32,000 nt of DNA, from the NCBI GenBank assembly GCA_016699935.1, contig CP064992.1, positions 60,001-92,000 of the forward strand, read 5' to 3'. The notes beneath the pieces are model-generated. The model ran no database searches and was not told the origin of the DNA. It was given only the letters and a program-made list of their open reading frames with translations. Shown here piece after piece: positions 20,576 to 30,479 of the stretch. Position 1 is the stretch's first letter. Each line of letters begins with the position of its first letter. The DNA comes from Candidatus Saccharimonadota bacterium (GTDB taxonomy: Bacteria > Patescibacteriota > Saccharimonadia > Saccharimonadales > UBA4665). The position numbers and the translations under genes were made by a program.

Positions 20576-21284
20576 TCAGTTGAATAATGAGGTGTGAGGG
20601 ATGGATTCTAGGTTGAGGACTTCCATGTCAAGGAGTACGTTGAGCACGACGATTGCTGCGAGCAGAATGAATACGGTGATGAGAACAGCTTTCTGGCGGC
20701 GGTGCCTGACTTGGCCGATGGGTAAAAAATAGGTGCCAGCTGTTATATGGCGGTCGATCTCCTGGTTTTTGCCACACTAGGGTCTGCTTTATTGGTTTCA
20801 GCTGGAGGCACCTCTGACGATTCGGATTTGCTCTCTGCATCTTGCGCATTTTCGGCCTCATCAGAAACATCATGTTTTGGTGGCGTAACCTTGATAGCAG
20901 CGGTGCTCTGTGCGGGCTGTTCTGCGCCTAGTGAACTCGGGGTCACCTGGTCCGGCTCAATCTTTTGGTTCTCGGGACTTTCCTCGGGGACACTCTCTTT
21001 TTGGCTGGTTCAGGTGGTGTTTCAGCGGGTTGATCTGGGACGGAGACGATACCCTTATCATCGGTCGTGAGCAGTGGCGCACCTTGCGGAAAATCGCTGG
21101 GTTGAAGGGCAGCTTCACCAGACGATTTTTCTTCGCCCGCAATAACCGCGTCCGGGGTGAGCATGGGGTCTTGGATCATATATGGCCGGTTCGTGACGAG
21201 AACCGGGCGTCCGGATGGCGTTGGTGGCGTATCCCCAGGATGCACGGCATCCATGACCTTGATTAGTTTTTTAGCGGTCGCCAT
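20576..21284 (-). pseudogene. Hypothetical low-complexity (P/E/S/A-rich) protein with C-terminal TM anchor, frame-disrupted; in frame with tpiA as read
   Basis: It starts MATAKKLIKVMDAVHPGD.. (ATG at complement 21282-21284). It continues through 20743-20946 and an out-of-frame tail, ..QEIDRHITAGTYFLPIGQVRHRRQKAVLITVFILLAAIVVLNVLL..*, ending at complement 20576-20578. The junctions are at short A and C runs. Confidence 0.45.
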
Positions 21285-22066
21285 TGTTTTTCTTTCAGTT
21301 TGGAGCTGGTGAGCAACTTTCACAATTTCTGAAAACTGGTGGTAGTTGAGGCTGGCCGCTCCAACGAGCACGCCGTCACAGTCTGGCAGCTCCAGATAGC
21401 TGCGGACATCGTGTTCATTGACGCTGCCGCCATACAGTACGCGCATAGCTTTGGCGGCGCGTTCGCCGTACAGTTCTTTGACTTGATCACGCATATACCG
21501 GATCATTTCCTGTGCGTCGTGGGGTTTGGCGATGATACCATCAGCCGTACTGATAGCCCAAACAGGTTCATACGTCAGTACAACCTTTTCGATATCTTTA
21601 CTTGTGAGATTCATAAGAGCCGTGGTGAGCTGATCGTGAATGACTCGCCGAGCCTCACCTTCATCACGTTCATGTTTTGTCTCGCCTATGCAAATTATGG
21701 GCTCAATATCGTTGCGGATTGCAGCCTGCACCTTGTCACGCACAACATCTAGCGTGTCACCCGCATTGAGTCGCCGCCAAGAGTGACCAACTATAGCGTA
21801 GTGCACAAGGTCACCCAGCATGGCGAAGCTGACTTCTCCCGTGCAAGGCCCTTCGTCTTTATAGAATGCGTCTTGAGCGGCGAGTCGGAACTGGCGGCGG
21901 TCTATCTCGACACTGAGCGGCTGTAGGGCAAGCATGCTCGGCGCAAGCACGACCTCAACGTCACGGTGATGACTGATGCGTTCACCAAGTCGATGCACCA
22001 GTAAACTTGCCTGATGCACACTGAGGTGCATTTTCCAGTTGCCGACGATGAGAAGTTTTTATCCAT
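21285..22066 (-). pseudogene. tpiA: Triose-phosphate isomerase; N-terminal frameshift, and no stop codon before the next ORF as read
   Basis: Recognisable segments are ..VLAPS.., AIVGHSWRR, ICIGET and TYEPVWAI (catalytic Glu region), LYGGSV and VLVGAASL. The true N-terminus MDKKLLIVGNWKMH is recovered from the ATG at complement 22064-22066 by a 1-nt correction at the T5 run 22056-22060. Confidence 0.85.
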
Positions 22067-22107
22067 AGTGGTTATGCCTTATTATAAATTTTCATTTTAC
22101 ATTTTAC

Positions 22108-22189
22108 AATTTTCAGAAAAATTATAGAGGAACAATTTTTCAAAATGCGGGAATTTGAATCTTTGGTAATTGAAAATTTTCTGAAAATT
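22108..22189. promoter_or_regulatory. 13-nt perfect inverted repeat (AATTTTCAGAAAA / TTTTCTGAAAATT) separated by 56 nt in the pgk-tpiA spacer
   Basis: The arms are at 22108-22120 and 22177-22189. The context is AT-rich and also contains the tandem attttac x2 and a TATAAT on the minus strand. Confidence 0.5.
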
Positions 22190-22212
22190 AGGTGTTGAAA
22201 AATGTGAATTGG

Positions 22213-23508
22213 TCATTTGTTTTCCAATGCTTCAACACCTGGTAATTTGCGGCCGCTCATAAGTTCGAGGCTAGCACCACCGCCGGTTGAAACGTGGTCA
22301 AAACTAGCAGTCAAGCCACGATCTTGCACAAATCCGACCGTGTCACCACCGCCCACAATACTAAATGGGCGGTTACCAAATTGACCGAGCATGGCTTCGG
22401 TCAGCAGCTCAGTACCTTGAGCTGTTGGACCAATTGGCCCAAGCAAGCTCTTCGTTTCCGTAACGCCCATAGTGCCATTCCAGACAACTGTTTCAGCCAG
22501 CTGGAGCAAGCCAGCGATAAACGCACCGCTGAAGGGGCCAATATCGAGTAGCATTTCGTCCTCGCCGACCTGGCTGGCTTCATGCAACGGGCGCCGAGGA
22601 TAGGCCTCTATTTCGGCGATAACATGCGCACTCCAATCGACGATGCGTGTCGGCGCGGCCGAGTCAATTTTGCTTGCCACAACACCATCTTGCGGCAGGT
22701 AGAAAACAAAGTCTCGTTCTTTTTATCTCTGTCACTCGGTGCATGATTTCCTTGGCGAGCGGTAAATCTTCGGGCTCAATTTTGCTCTTGCCCACCCTAA
22801 GACCAGTGGCGTGCAGGAAGGTGTTTGCCATAGCACCACCCACGACGACAGCATCGGCAATATCGAGAAAACGCTGCAATATTTCTATCTTATCAGCTAT
22901 TTTCGCCCCGCCAATTACCGCCACCAGCGGTCGCTTCGGGTTTTCCATGGCAGTGGTAATAGTATCGACTTCTTTTTCAAGCAAGAGTCCAGCAGCAGCC
23001 GGCAGGTGGTGCGTAATTGCTTCGGTACTAGCATGGGCGCGGTGAACAACACCGAACCCGTCTTGGACAAATATATCAGCCAAACTCGCTAGCTGCTTGG
23101 CAAAATCGTCACTGTTTGCCTCTTCTTCTTGATAAAAACGGAGATTTTCGAGTAGCAGTACCTGACCAGGTTGTAAGCTTTTGCTGCTTTTTGAGCACGT
23201 TCGCCCACACAATCCGGGACGAACTCCACCTCTGTTCCAAGTAGCTTCCCAAGTGATTTGGCTACCGGAAAAAGGCTGTATTTGGGGTCTGGTTTGCCAT
23301 CTGGGCGGCCAAGGTGCGAACACAATATCAAAGCAGCACCGTGGTCTAGCAGATAGCGCAGGGTTGGCAGGCTCTGTTGCAAGCGGTAGTCATCACTTAT
23401 TTCACCCTTGTCATCGAGTGGCACATTATAATCAGCCCTCACAAGAACCTTTTTGCCAGACACATCGATATCTTTGATCGTTTTTTTGTAAAACTCATTG
23501 CCCACCAC
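22213..23508 (-). pseudogene. pgk: Phosphoglycerate kinase, frame-disrupted as read (3 fragments)
   Basis: 23089-23508 carries [12 protein letters not shown] and [11 protein letters not shown]. 22664-23323 carries [28 protein letters not shown] and AVIGGAKIADKI. 22213-22680 carries WNGTMGV and STGGGASLE. Confidence 0.92.
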
Positions 23509-23580
23509 AGACTAATAATGAAATGCTTATGCCTTTATTGTACATTCGAACATCAAAATTCCAAATTCGAAATTCGTTTA

Positions 23581-25017
23581 TCAGTCTAGCTGTCGAATCT
23601 TGATGGTGTCTGTCGCGCCGACAACGCCCGGGTATTGTCCGCTCACCAGCATAACAATATCGCCCTTTTCAAAAACACGCTCTTTCAACAGGAAATCGGT
23701 AATCTTTTGAGCAGCCTGGGCGCTGACGGGACGTACATAGCTCTTGACGTCATAGACGATAGCGAGTTGCTGAGCAGTGCGAACACTGTCGGTTACCGCA
23801 ATGATGGGCACATCAGGACGCTCCGAGGCGATGGTCAGCACAGTCGCACCCGTCTTCGTTTCGGCGATAATAGCCTTGGCATGAATACTCGTCGCCATAC
23901 CAATAACGGCACGACTAATCGCGAGCTGACGCGTAGGGTCTTTTTGCCTGACCTTTAAACGTGACTCGAACGACACCATGTTGCTGCGAGTAGTTAATGA
24001 TACGCTTCATTATTTTCACCGCTTCATGCGGGTATTTGCCCATGGCGGTTTCGTCGCTCAGCATGACACAGTCAGCGCCCAGGTACACTGCCGTTGCGAC
24101 ATCTGATACCTCAGCGCGGGATGGTTCGGGTGATTCGGTCATGCTGGCGAGCATCTGTGTCGCCACAATGGTCGGTTTGCCGTACTGAAGCCCCATACTG
24201 ATGATCTGTCGCTGGGCGACCGGACGACTTCGGGGTTCACCTCGACCGCCATATCACCGCGTGCGACCATGGCAACATCGGTAGCTTGCATGATTTCATT
24301 GATGTTATCTATGGCAAGTTTGGTTTCGAGTTTGGCGATGATACGAGCGTCATAGCCGAGGTTTTTCATCATCTTACGCATATTTTCGATATCAGCGGCC
24401 GACTGAATAAAGCTCATGGCGACATAGTCAATGTCCTGTGTGCTGCCATAGGCGAGATCCGCTTTGTCTTTTTCGGTGATAACATCACCGCCAAAGTCAG
24501 TGTCTGGTAGGTTGATGCCTTTGCGTTTGAGCAAAATACCATCATTATGCGCCTCGCAGTAGACAATGCCGTTTTTAACGCTCGTAATCTCGGTGCGAAC
24601 TTTACCGTCAAAGATGTACAGTCGCTCACCTCGCTTCACCTTTGTACTCAGGTCGTACTGGGTCGGGATGATGCCCGTTTCAAGCCAGTCCACCTCATAG
24701 CCAAGCTTGAGCGTTTGGCCTTTTCTGACCGTGATGATATCGTCGAACTCGCCAAGGCGAATTTTGGGACCCTGCAAATCCTGGATGATGGCAACCGGTT
24801 TTTTTAGCTCCCGGCTGGCTTTGCGAATCCATTTGATATGCTGCGACTTTTGCGGGTGGTCGCCGTGGCTGAAATTGAGCCTGAGACCATTGGCGCCGTC
24901 TAGTATAAGTTGCTTGATTGCGGCATAGCTGTCTGTGGCAGGCCCAACTGTGGCGATAATCTTGGTACGTTTGTAATGCCTCAAAGGCACATGGTGCTCG
25001 TGATGTGAATCTATCAT
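23581..25017 (-). pseudogene. pyk: Pyruvate kinase, frame-disrupted as read (3 fragments)
   Basis: 24139-25017 carries RTKIIATVGPA, LRLNFSHG, IAKLET and [10 protein letters not shown]. 23915-24196 carries [22 protein letters not shown] and [10 protein letters not shown]. 23581-23979 is the C-terminal domain. Confidence 0.92.
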
Positions 25018-25252
25018 ATTGCTTATAGTCTACACCACTTTCGCTCTGTGATAAATATCACTACCAAAAGATTCCTTGCCCATAGGTGGCAAAGGGACAC
25101 AATGTGGCTAATCGTCATGAAAGATGCGCACAGAGGAGTTAGTGGACCGCATAATATAGTCCGTCAGCGACAGAGCAGATTGGGTACCCAGAAATCGACA
25201 ATACCAATACCGCCCAAACGTCAACGGGGAGAGGAGTTATGAGATTTGTTGC

Positions 25253-27631
25253 TCAACCACCTAGCGGCCGAGGATTCTTCGGTTTTTTGAGGTCGATAGT
25301 GGTTTTGATGATGGTGTCGGGAGCGAGCGAAATGCTGTCTATGCCAGTTTCTACTAAGAAGCGGGCAAACTCTGGGTAATCAGACGGCGCCTGGCCACAG
25401 AGGCCAATCTTAACGCCCTTAGCCTTAGCGACACGCACTGCTTCGCGGATGAGTATCTTTACAGCTTCGTTGTTTTCATCGTACACATGTGCCACTGTGT
25501 GGTTATCGCGGTCGACGCCAAGTGTCAACTGCGTGAGGTCGTTACTTCCTATGGAGAAACCGTCGAAGAGATCGGCAAATTGCTCAGCAAGGATAACATT
25601 GGCCGGTATTTCGACCATGACATACAGCTCAAACCCATTTTCGCCGCGGCGCAGGCCGGTTTCTGCCATGACTTCTTGGACCTTGCGGGCTTCTTCAAGA
25701 CTTCGACAGAATGGCACCATGGCTTTGACATTGGTTAGTCCCATCTCGTTGCGAACCTTCAAAAATGCCTGACATTCTAGTTTGAAAGCATCACGATATT
25801 CCGGGCTGTAGTAACGGCTGGCGCCGCGCCATCCTATCATCGGGTTGTTTTCTTGCGGTTCAAACTGCGTCCCACCGATGAGATTAGCGTACTCATTCGT
25901 CTTGAAGTCACTGAAGCGCACTATGACTGGATTCGGGTGAAAAGCAGCGCCCAAGATGGCAATGCCTTCAGCTAGTTTGTCTACAAAATACTGCGCTTTG
26001 TCGGTGTAACCTTTGGTTAGTGCGTTTATTTGGGCGCGGACGGCTTTGTCCTTGACTTGGTCGAAATACAGTAGTGCCTTCGGGTGAATTTTGATATGGC
26101 TATCTATGATGAACTCTTCGCGCGCCAGCCCAACGCCATCGTTCGGGATGAGCGAATAGGCAAAAGCTTGGTCGGGTGAACCGATATTCATCATCATTTT
26201 GGTGTGTGGTCTCTCGATATTTTCAATATTGGTGCGGTTGACATCGTATTTCAGAATGCCCTCATAGACCGTACCTTCGTCGCCGCCGCCGCCACAGCTG
26301 ACGGTGACATTCTGGCCGTCGGCGATGAGTTCAGAGGCGTTGCCGGTACCGACAACACACGGTATACCCAGCTCACGCGAAACGATGGCAGCGTGACAGG
26401 TGCGCCCGCCTTTGTCAGTCACGATGGCGCTGGCGATTTTCATGATGGGTACCCAGTCTGGGTCGGTCATTTCGGTAACGAGCACATCGCCTTCTTTGAA
26501 ATCATCAATATCTTTGACACTCATGATCTTGCTGGCTTTGCCTTGGCCAATCTTATTACCAACGCTCGTGCCTTTGACGATTACTTGACCTTCATCGGCC
26601 AGTTTGTACTCTTCGATGACGTTGACATCACGACGTGACTGTACTGTCTCGGCGCGCGCTTGGACTATATAGAGCTGCTTATCATCTTCGTCGAGCGCCC
26701 ACTCTATGTCCATAGGATGGCCGTAGTGCTGCTCGATGAGAATACCCCAATGCGCGAGTGTCTTGACTTGGTCATCGGTTATGCTAAAACGTTCCTGGTC
26801 TTTGACTGGTACGTCCAAGTTTTTGGTACGATTATTGCCTGTTGGAATCATTTTCATTTTTTTCGTACCAAGCCGGTGCTTCAGAATGGCCATGGTAGGT
26901 TTGAAAACGATAAAGTCGTCTGGGCTCACATGCCCCTGTACGATGTTTTCGCCCAAGCCGTAGATAGAGCTGACAACAACGGCGTTTTTGAAACCGCTTT
27001 CGGTGTCTATGGTAAACATGACACCGGCGCATTCGCTACGAACCGCCACCATCTGCTGTATACCAACGCTAAGAGCAACTTTCATATGGTCAAAACCGTT
27101 TGACACCCGGTAAACGATGGCGCGGTCGGTAAACAAGCTAGCAATGCACTCTTTCACCGACTGCACGACCTCTTGCTCGCCCTTGATGTTTAGGAAGGTG
27201 GCCTGCTGACCGGCAAAAGAAGCATTCGGCAGGTCTTCTGCCGTTGCTGACGACCGGATTGCAACCACCATATCTTTTTCGCCGTGACCGCACATTTGAC
27301 ACAGCTCGCGGTAGCCCCGGACGATTTCGTCCTGGAAATCCTGTGGTAGGGTCGCGTCGGTGATCATAGTGCGGATGATATTACCGCGGCGCGCGAGTTC
27401 ATGGACATCAGAGACATCCAAGCCGGCAAGGGTATCTGTTATGCCTTGGCTCAGACCGGCGTCTTGCAAAAAATAGCGGTAAGCATCGGCCGTAGTGGCG
27501 ACACCATTCGGCAAGTTCACACCTTGCGGACGCAGGTGATGATACATTTCGCCAAGTGAAGCGTTTTTGCCGCCCACTTGCGGAATGTCATCGATAGATA
27601 GTTCCTCGAAAAACTTGAGATATTTGTACAT
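25253..27631 (-). CDS. ppsA: Phosphoenolpyruvate synthase (pyruvate, water dikinase)
   Basis: Intact ORF. It contains VGGKNASLGEM near the N-terminus, GGRTCHAAIVSRELG (phospho-His domain) and a C-terminal PEP-utilising TIM barrel (..GSNDLTQ..). I prefer the ATG at complement 27629-27631 (MYKYLKFF..) because AAAGGTGG lies 8 nt upstream. The ORF track starts 12 nt earlier, at a GTG. Confidence 0.9.
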   Translation of the reverse strand: MYKYLKFFEELSIDDIPQVGGKNASLGEMYHHLRPQGVNLPNGVATTADAYRYFLQDAGLSQGITDTLAGLDVSDVHELARRGNIIRTMITDATLPQDFQDEIVRGYRELCQMCGHGEKDMVVAIRSSATAEDLPNASFAGQQATFLNIKGEQEVVQSVKECIASLFTDRAIVYRVSNGFDHMKVALSVGIQQMVAVRSECAGVMFTIDTESGFKNAVVVSSIYGLGENIVQGHVSPDDFIVFKPTMAILKHRLGTKKMKMIPTGNNRTKNLDVPVKDQERFSITDDQVKTLAHWGILIEQHYGHPMDIEWALDEDDKQLYIVQARAETVQSRRDVNVIEEYKLADEGQVIVKGTSVGNKIGQGKASKIMSVKDIDDFKEGDVLVTEMTDPDWVPIMKIASAIVTDKGGRTCHAAIVSRELGIPCVVGTGNASELIADGQNVTVSCGGGGDEGTVYEGILKYDVNRTNIENIERPHTKMMMNIGSPDQAFAYSLIPNDGVGLAREEFIIDSHIKIHPKALLYFDQVKDKAVRAQINALTKGYTDKAQYFVDKLAEGIAILGAAFHPNPVIVRFSDFKTNEYANLIGGTQFEPQENNPMIGWRGASRYYSPEYRDAFKLECQAFLKVRNEMGLTNVKAMVPFCRSLEEARKVQEVMAETGLRRGENGFELYVMVEIPANVILAEQFADLFDGFSIGSNDLTQLTLGVDRDNHTVAHVYDENNEAVKILIREAVRVAKAKGVKIGLCGQAPSDYPEFARFLVETGIDSISLAPDTIIKTTIDLKKPKNPRPLGG

Positions 27632-27722
27632 TTGGTTGCCCACCTTTCTAGACTAGTAAGATTTTTTACTTTTTTATTGTTATGCTTTTACTATACCCCC
27701 GTTCCCCCACTTTTCAAAATAT

Positions 27723-27753
27723 TTGACATTATATACTTTTTTTATGTTATTAT
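27723..27753 (+). promoter_or_regulatory. Candidate promoter: TTGACA plus TGTTAT/TATTAT, directly abutting the ATG at 27760
   Basis: TTGACA is at 27723-27728. The -10 candidates are 27745-27750 (16-nt spacer) and 27748-27753 (19-nt spacer). There is no SD before the ATG at 27760. Confidence 0.45.
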
Positions 27754-27759
27754 ATTTTT

Positions 27760-28660
27760 ATGATCCACACCAGGCTGTCGTCCGCTGATAAAAAGAAGGG
27801 CTATGCTCAGTTGACTTGAGGATAGCCTTAGGAAATCATGGTTACCCTGGATACGTTCCCGACCATAAAGTTGGCATTCTTGCAGTCACAGATGCTGAAT
27901 ATGGGTTCGTAGAATCGTTTACAGACCAGCTAGACCCAAGGCATGGAGATGTATGCGCAATTGAAGGTGATGGTCATCCTGACAAACCGCCAGTTACCGG
28001 ACTATTTGGCGGGCTTCTATGGGAAATAGGTGATTCACCGCATCTTGATGATGATTCGCGACGTCTTCTAGATGAGTACCAAAAATGGTTGAAGTATGTG
28101 GCTCAAGACAGCGGATACACGATGAAACCTGGTTCAAGCGAACCTGGGGAAAATTACGTGATTATCAACTTATTGATCCTATACATTATGGACTTGGATT
28201 GACTTATATTAAAGGAGTGGCGTCTTATTATGCTGATGCATCAGCGGCTGAAGTCTCTACATGGAGTAATGCTGTATACGATGGTTTAGAGAAGGCTCCC
28301 TACCTAACTCAATTTATATTCAATACTGCTATGTTTGAGCGAAAAATGCTTGAGTTCCGTAACCAACGAACTGTTGAAAGACTTGCGAGGATTGCAATTG
28401 AAATGGATAAAGTAAGTGAACGAAAACCGATACTCGCATACATGGGTGGATTAGCACACCTTAAGGGTATTAGTAGAATTTTGGACGATAATGGTATACC
28501 TTTCCAGGCAAAAACTTTTTATCCCAACAGAAGAAGGCGAAAATATGCAGACCATGTAAGAGATGCGGGTCATGCACTATTGCCGATTATTAACTCTAGT
28601 CTTCTAAACTATGAAAAACTTTGGAAAGATAATATTGCAGCCCATACACATTCAACATAG
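27760..28660 (+). pseudogene. Hypothetical protein (possible Tiki/TraB/ChaN-erythromycin-esterase superfamily), frame-disrupted as read
   Basis: The pieces are 27760-27819 (MIHTRLSSADKKKGYAQLT), 27816-28202 and 28085-28660. ALGNHGYPGY near the N-terminus and ILAYMGGLAHLKGISRILDDNGIPF near the C-terminus resemble the GxxH and GxxHL motifs of that superfamily. This is a weak, memory-based assignment. It is the only plus-strand gene within the glycolysis cluster and is visibly AT-rich. Confidence 0.35.
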
Positions 28661-28758
28661 TTTAATTAGTATCGTTCGGTGTGGATTACAAAGATACTAG
28701 GCCATTTAAGAGCCACGAGGGGCTACCCTTACCGTCTGTAAAAAGTACGTTTGGGGTT

Positions 28759-30417
28759 TTAGGCATTGGGGGCGACGGTGTCTATGCGGGTTTCGTTTTT
28801 GGCGAGCATGTGGCCTTCGGGGTCGACATCGTATATCATAGTGTTACCGAAGGGCATCTCTAGGTTCTCGACATCTTCGTCTGAGATATTTTCTATATAC
28901 TTCATGAGGGCGCGGATGCTATTGCCGTGTGCTACTAGCAGGACATTTTTGCCAGATAGCAGCAGCGGCAACACCTCATCTTTATAGAAAGGTATAACAC
29001 GTTCATAGACCCTTTTGAGCGTCTCTCCACCGGGCACTGGGTGATCCCAGCCGCGGCGGATTTTGCTAAACTCATCATCACCGACTAGTTCTTTCATGTC
29101 CCATTTGTTTTTGCCGGTGTATTCACCGTAATCACGCTCATTTATGGCTGCCGTACGCGAAAATGGCACGTCAATCTGCCCCGAAGCGTCCAAAATGCCT
29201 TCCAGCGTTTCCAGGGTACGAATCTGCTCCGAGCAATATGCTTGGTCAAGTTTGATATCGAGGCTACGTATCGAAACACCCAGCAGTGCGGCCTCATGGA
29301 AACCCTTTTCGCTGAGGTGGACATCGGTCAGACCGGTCCATTGCCCCAGTGCGTTCCATTCACTTTCTGCATGACGAGTGACGAGCAGTTTACCCATGCG
29401 CGGCTTTTGCGGTTGAACCCTATTCGGTACATCACCATACCAAAAACGAATGATATTCTGGCAGGTTGTACTGTTTATTCGTCCAATGGCTTCTTCGGTA
29501 TTAAAGGCGTTGTGCGGTGTCAGTATAACGTTTGACATTTTATTTAGTGCTAGCAAAGCCACGCTTTGTTCGGCAGTTTTAGTCGGCAGCTTACCACTGC
29601 GCAGCAAGGCAACTTCCTCGTGCATGTCAAACAGCTGTTCACCTTCCAGCACATCGAGTGCTGCACCGGCCAGCTGGTCGTTTTGTAGGGCTTCTGCAAG
29701 CGCTTGGGCGTCCACCAACTCACCTCGTGCGGTATTGATCAGGACCGCAGATGCCTTCATTAGCGCCAACCGTTCGGCATTTATAAGATGGACATTTTCT
29801 GGCACCAAAGGCGCATGCAAGGTCACGACATCACTGGTTTTAAGAAGTTCATCAAGTGGTATATATTCGAAACCAAGCTCGGTAGCCAATTCTTCTTTGG
29901 CAAAAGGGTCATAGGCAACGACACGCATTTCGAAGCCTTTGGCAATCTTGATAACGTGCTGGCCAATATGACCGCTGCCGACTACCCCAATGGTTTTTTC
30001 ATGCAAATCATGCCCCATGAGGCTACTGATTTCGACCTCTCGACTTAGGAAACCGAGACTAGGTGGTAGTTTGCGCATAAGCGCCAAAAGCAAGGTGAAG
30101 GTATATTCAGCAACAGTCGACTCACCGTAGGTTGGTACATTTGTTACTGTTATGCCACGTGCAGCTGCGGCTGCTAAGTCGACATTATTGAAGCCGGTCG
30201 AACGGCAGGCTATGAGCTTGAGCTTTGGCATTTTTTCGATCATTTCAGCCGTCACTGTACTTGTCACGAAAACCGAAATAACTTCGGCTTCCGGGTCGCA
30301 GTTATTTGCAGAAATACTTTCGATAATATATTCCCAGCGATGATCGGAATCTTTGAGACCATCTTCGAGCTGTCGCTGATCCAGTTCGGATGAGTCATAA
30401 ATGTAGATAAGTGCCAT
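28759..30417 (-). CDS. Fusion protein: D-isomer-specific 2-hydroxyacid dehydrogenase (D-lactate/glycerate dehydrogenase-like) plus histidine-phosphatase phosphoglycerate mutase (dPGM-like)
   Basis: Uninterrupted 552-codon ORF. The N-terminal ~335 aa carry GVVGSGHIGQHV (NAD binding), NTARG, DVLEGE and LTPHNAF (the catalytic R/E/H triad of the family). The linker is RVQPQKPR. The C-terminal part starts MGKLLVTRHAESEWN (RHG-type motif), followed by ..LVAHGNSIRAL... Confidence 0.8.
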   Translation of the reverse strand: MALIYIYDSSELDQRQLEDGLKDSDHRWEYIIESISANNCDPEAEVISVFVTSTVTAEMIEKMPKLKLIACRSTGFNNVDLAAAAARGITVTNVPTYGESTVAEYTFTLLLALMRKLPPSLGFLSREVEISSLMGHDLHEKTIGVVGSGHIGQHVIKIAKGFEMRVVAYDPFAKEELATELGFEYIPLDELLKTSDVVTLHAPLVPENVHLINAERLALMKASAVLINTARGELVDAQALAEALQNDQLAGAALDVLEGEQLFDMHEEVALLRSGKLPTKTAEQSVALLALNKMSNVILTPHNAFNTEEAIGRINSTTCQNIIRFWYGDVPNRVQPQKPRMGKLLVTRHAESEWNALGQWTGLTDVHLSEKGFHEAALLGVSIRSLDIKLDQAYCSEQIRTLETLEGILDASGQIDVPFSRTAAINERDYGEYTGKNKWDMKELVGDDEFSKIRRGWDHPVPGGETLKRVYERVIPFYKDEVLPLLLSGKNVLLVAHGNSIRALMKYIENISDEDVENLEMPFGNTMIYDVDPEGHMLAKNETRIDTVAPNA

Positions 30418-30479
30418 GATGGCTACAGTATGCCATAAGCGGAATGGAAAAGGTAGTGTGGGGAGGTATGAGGCAAGGG

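Noticed and set aside
22060-22070. DnaA-box-like TTATCCATA, and the heptamer arrays as a replication origin or iterons
   Set aside because: It is a single imperfect box with no cluster, and it overlaps the tpiA start codon. No dnaA or dnaN is nearby. The heptamers do not resemble DnaA boxes.
25048-25242. 64-aa plus-strand ORF in the ppsA-pyk spacer
   Set aside because: It has no SD or promoter and an Arg/Gln-rich unstructured sequence. It lies in a spacer better explained by the pyk promoter and ppsA terminator elements.
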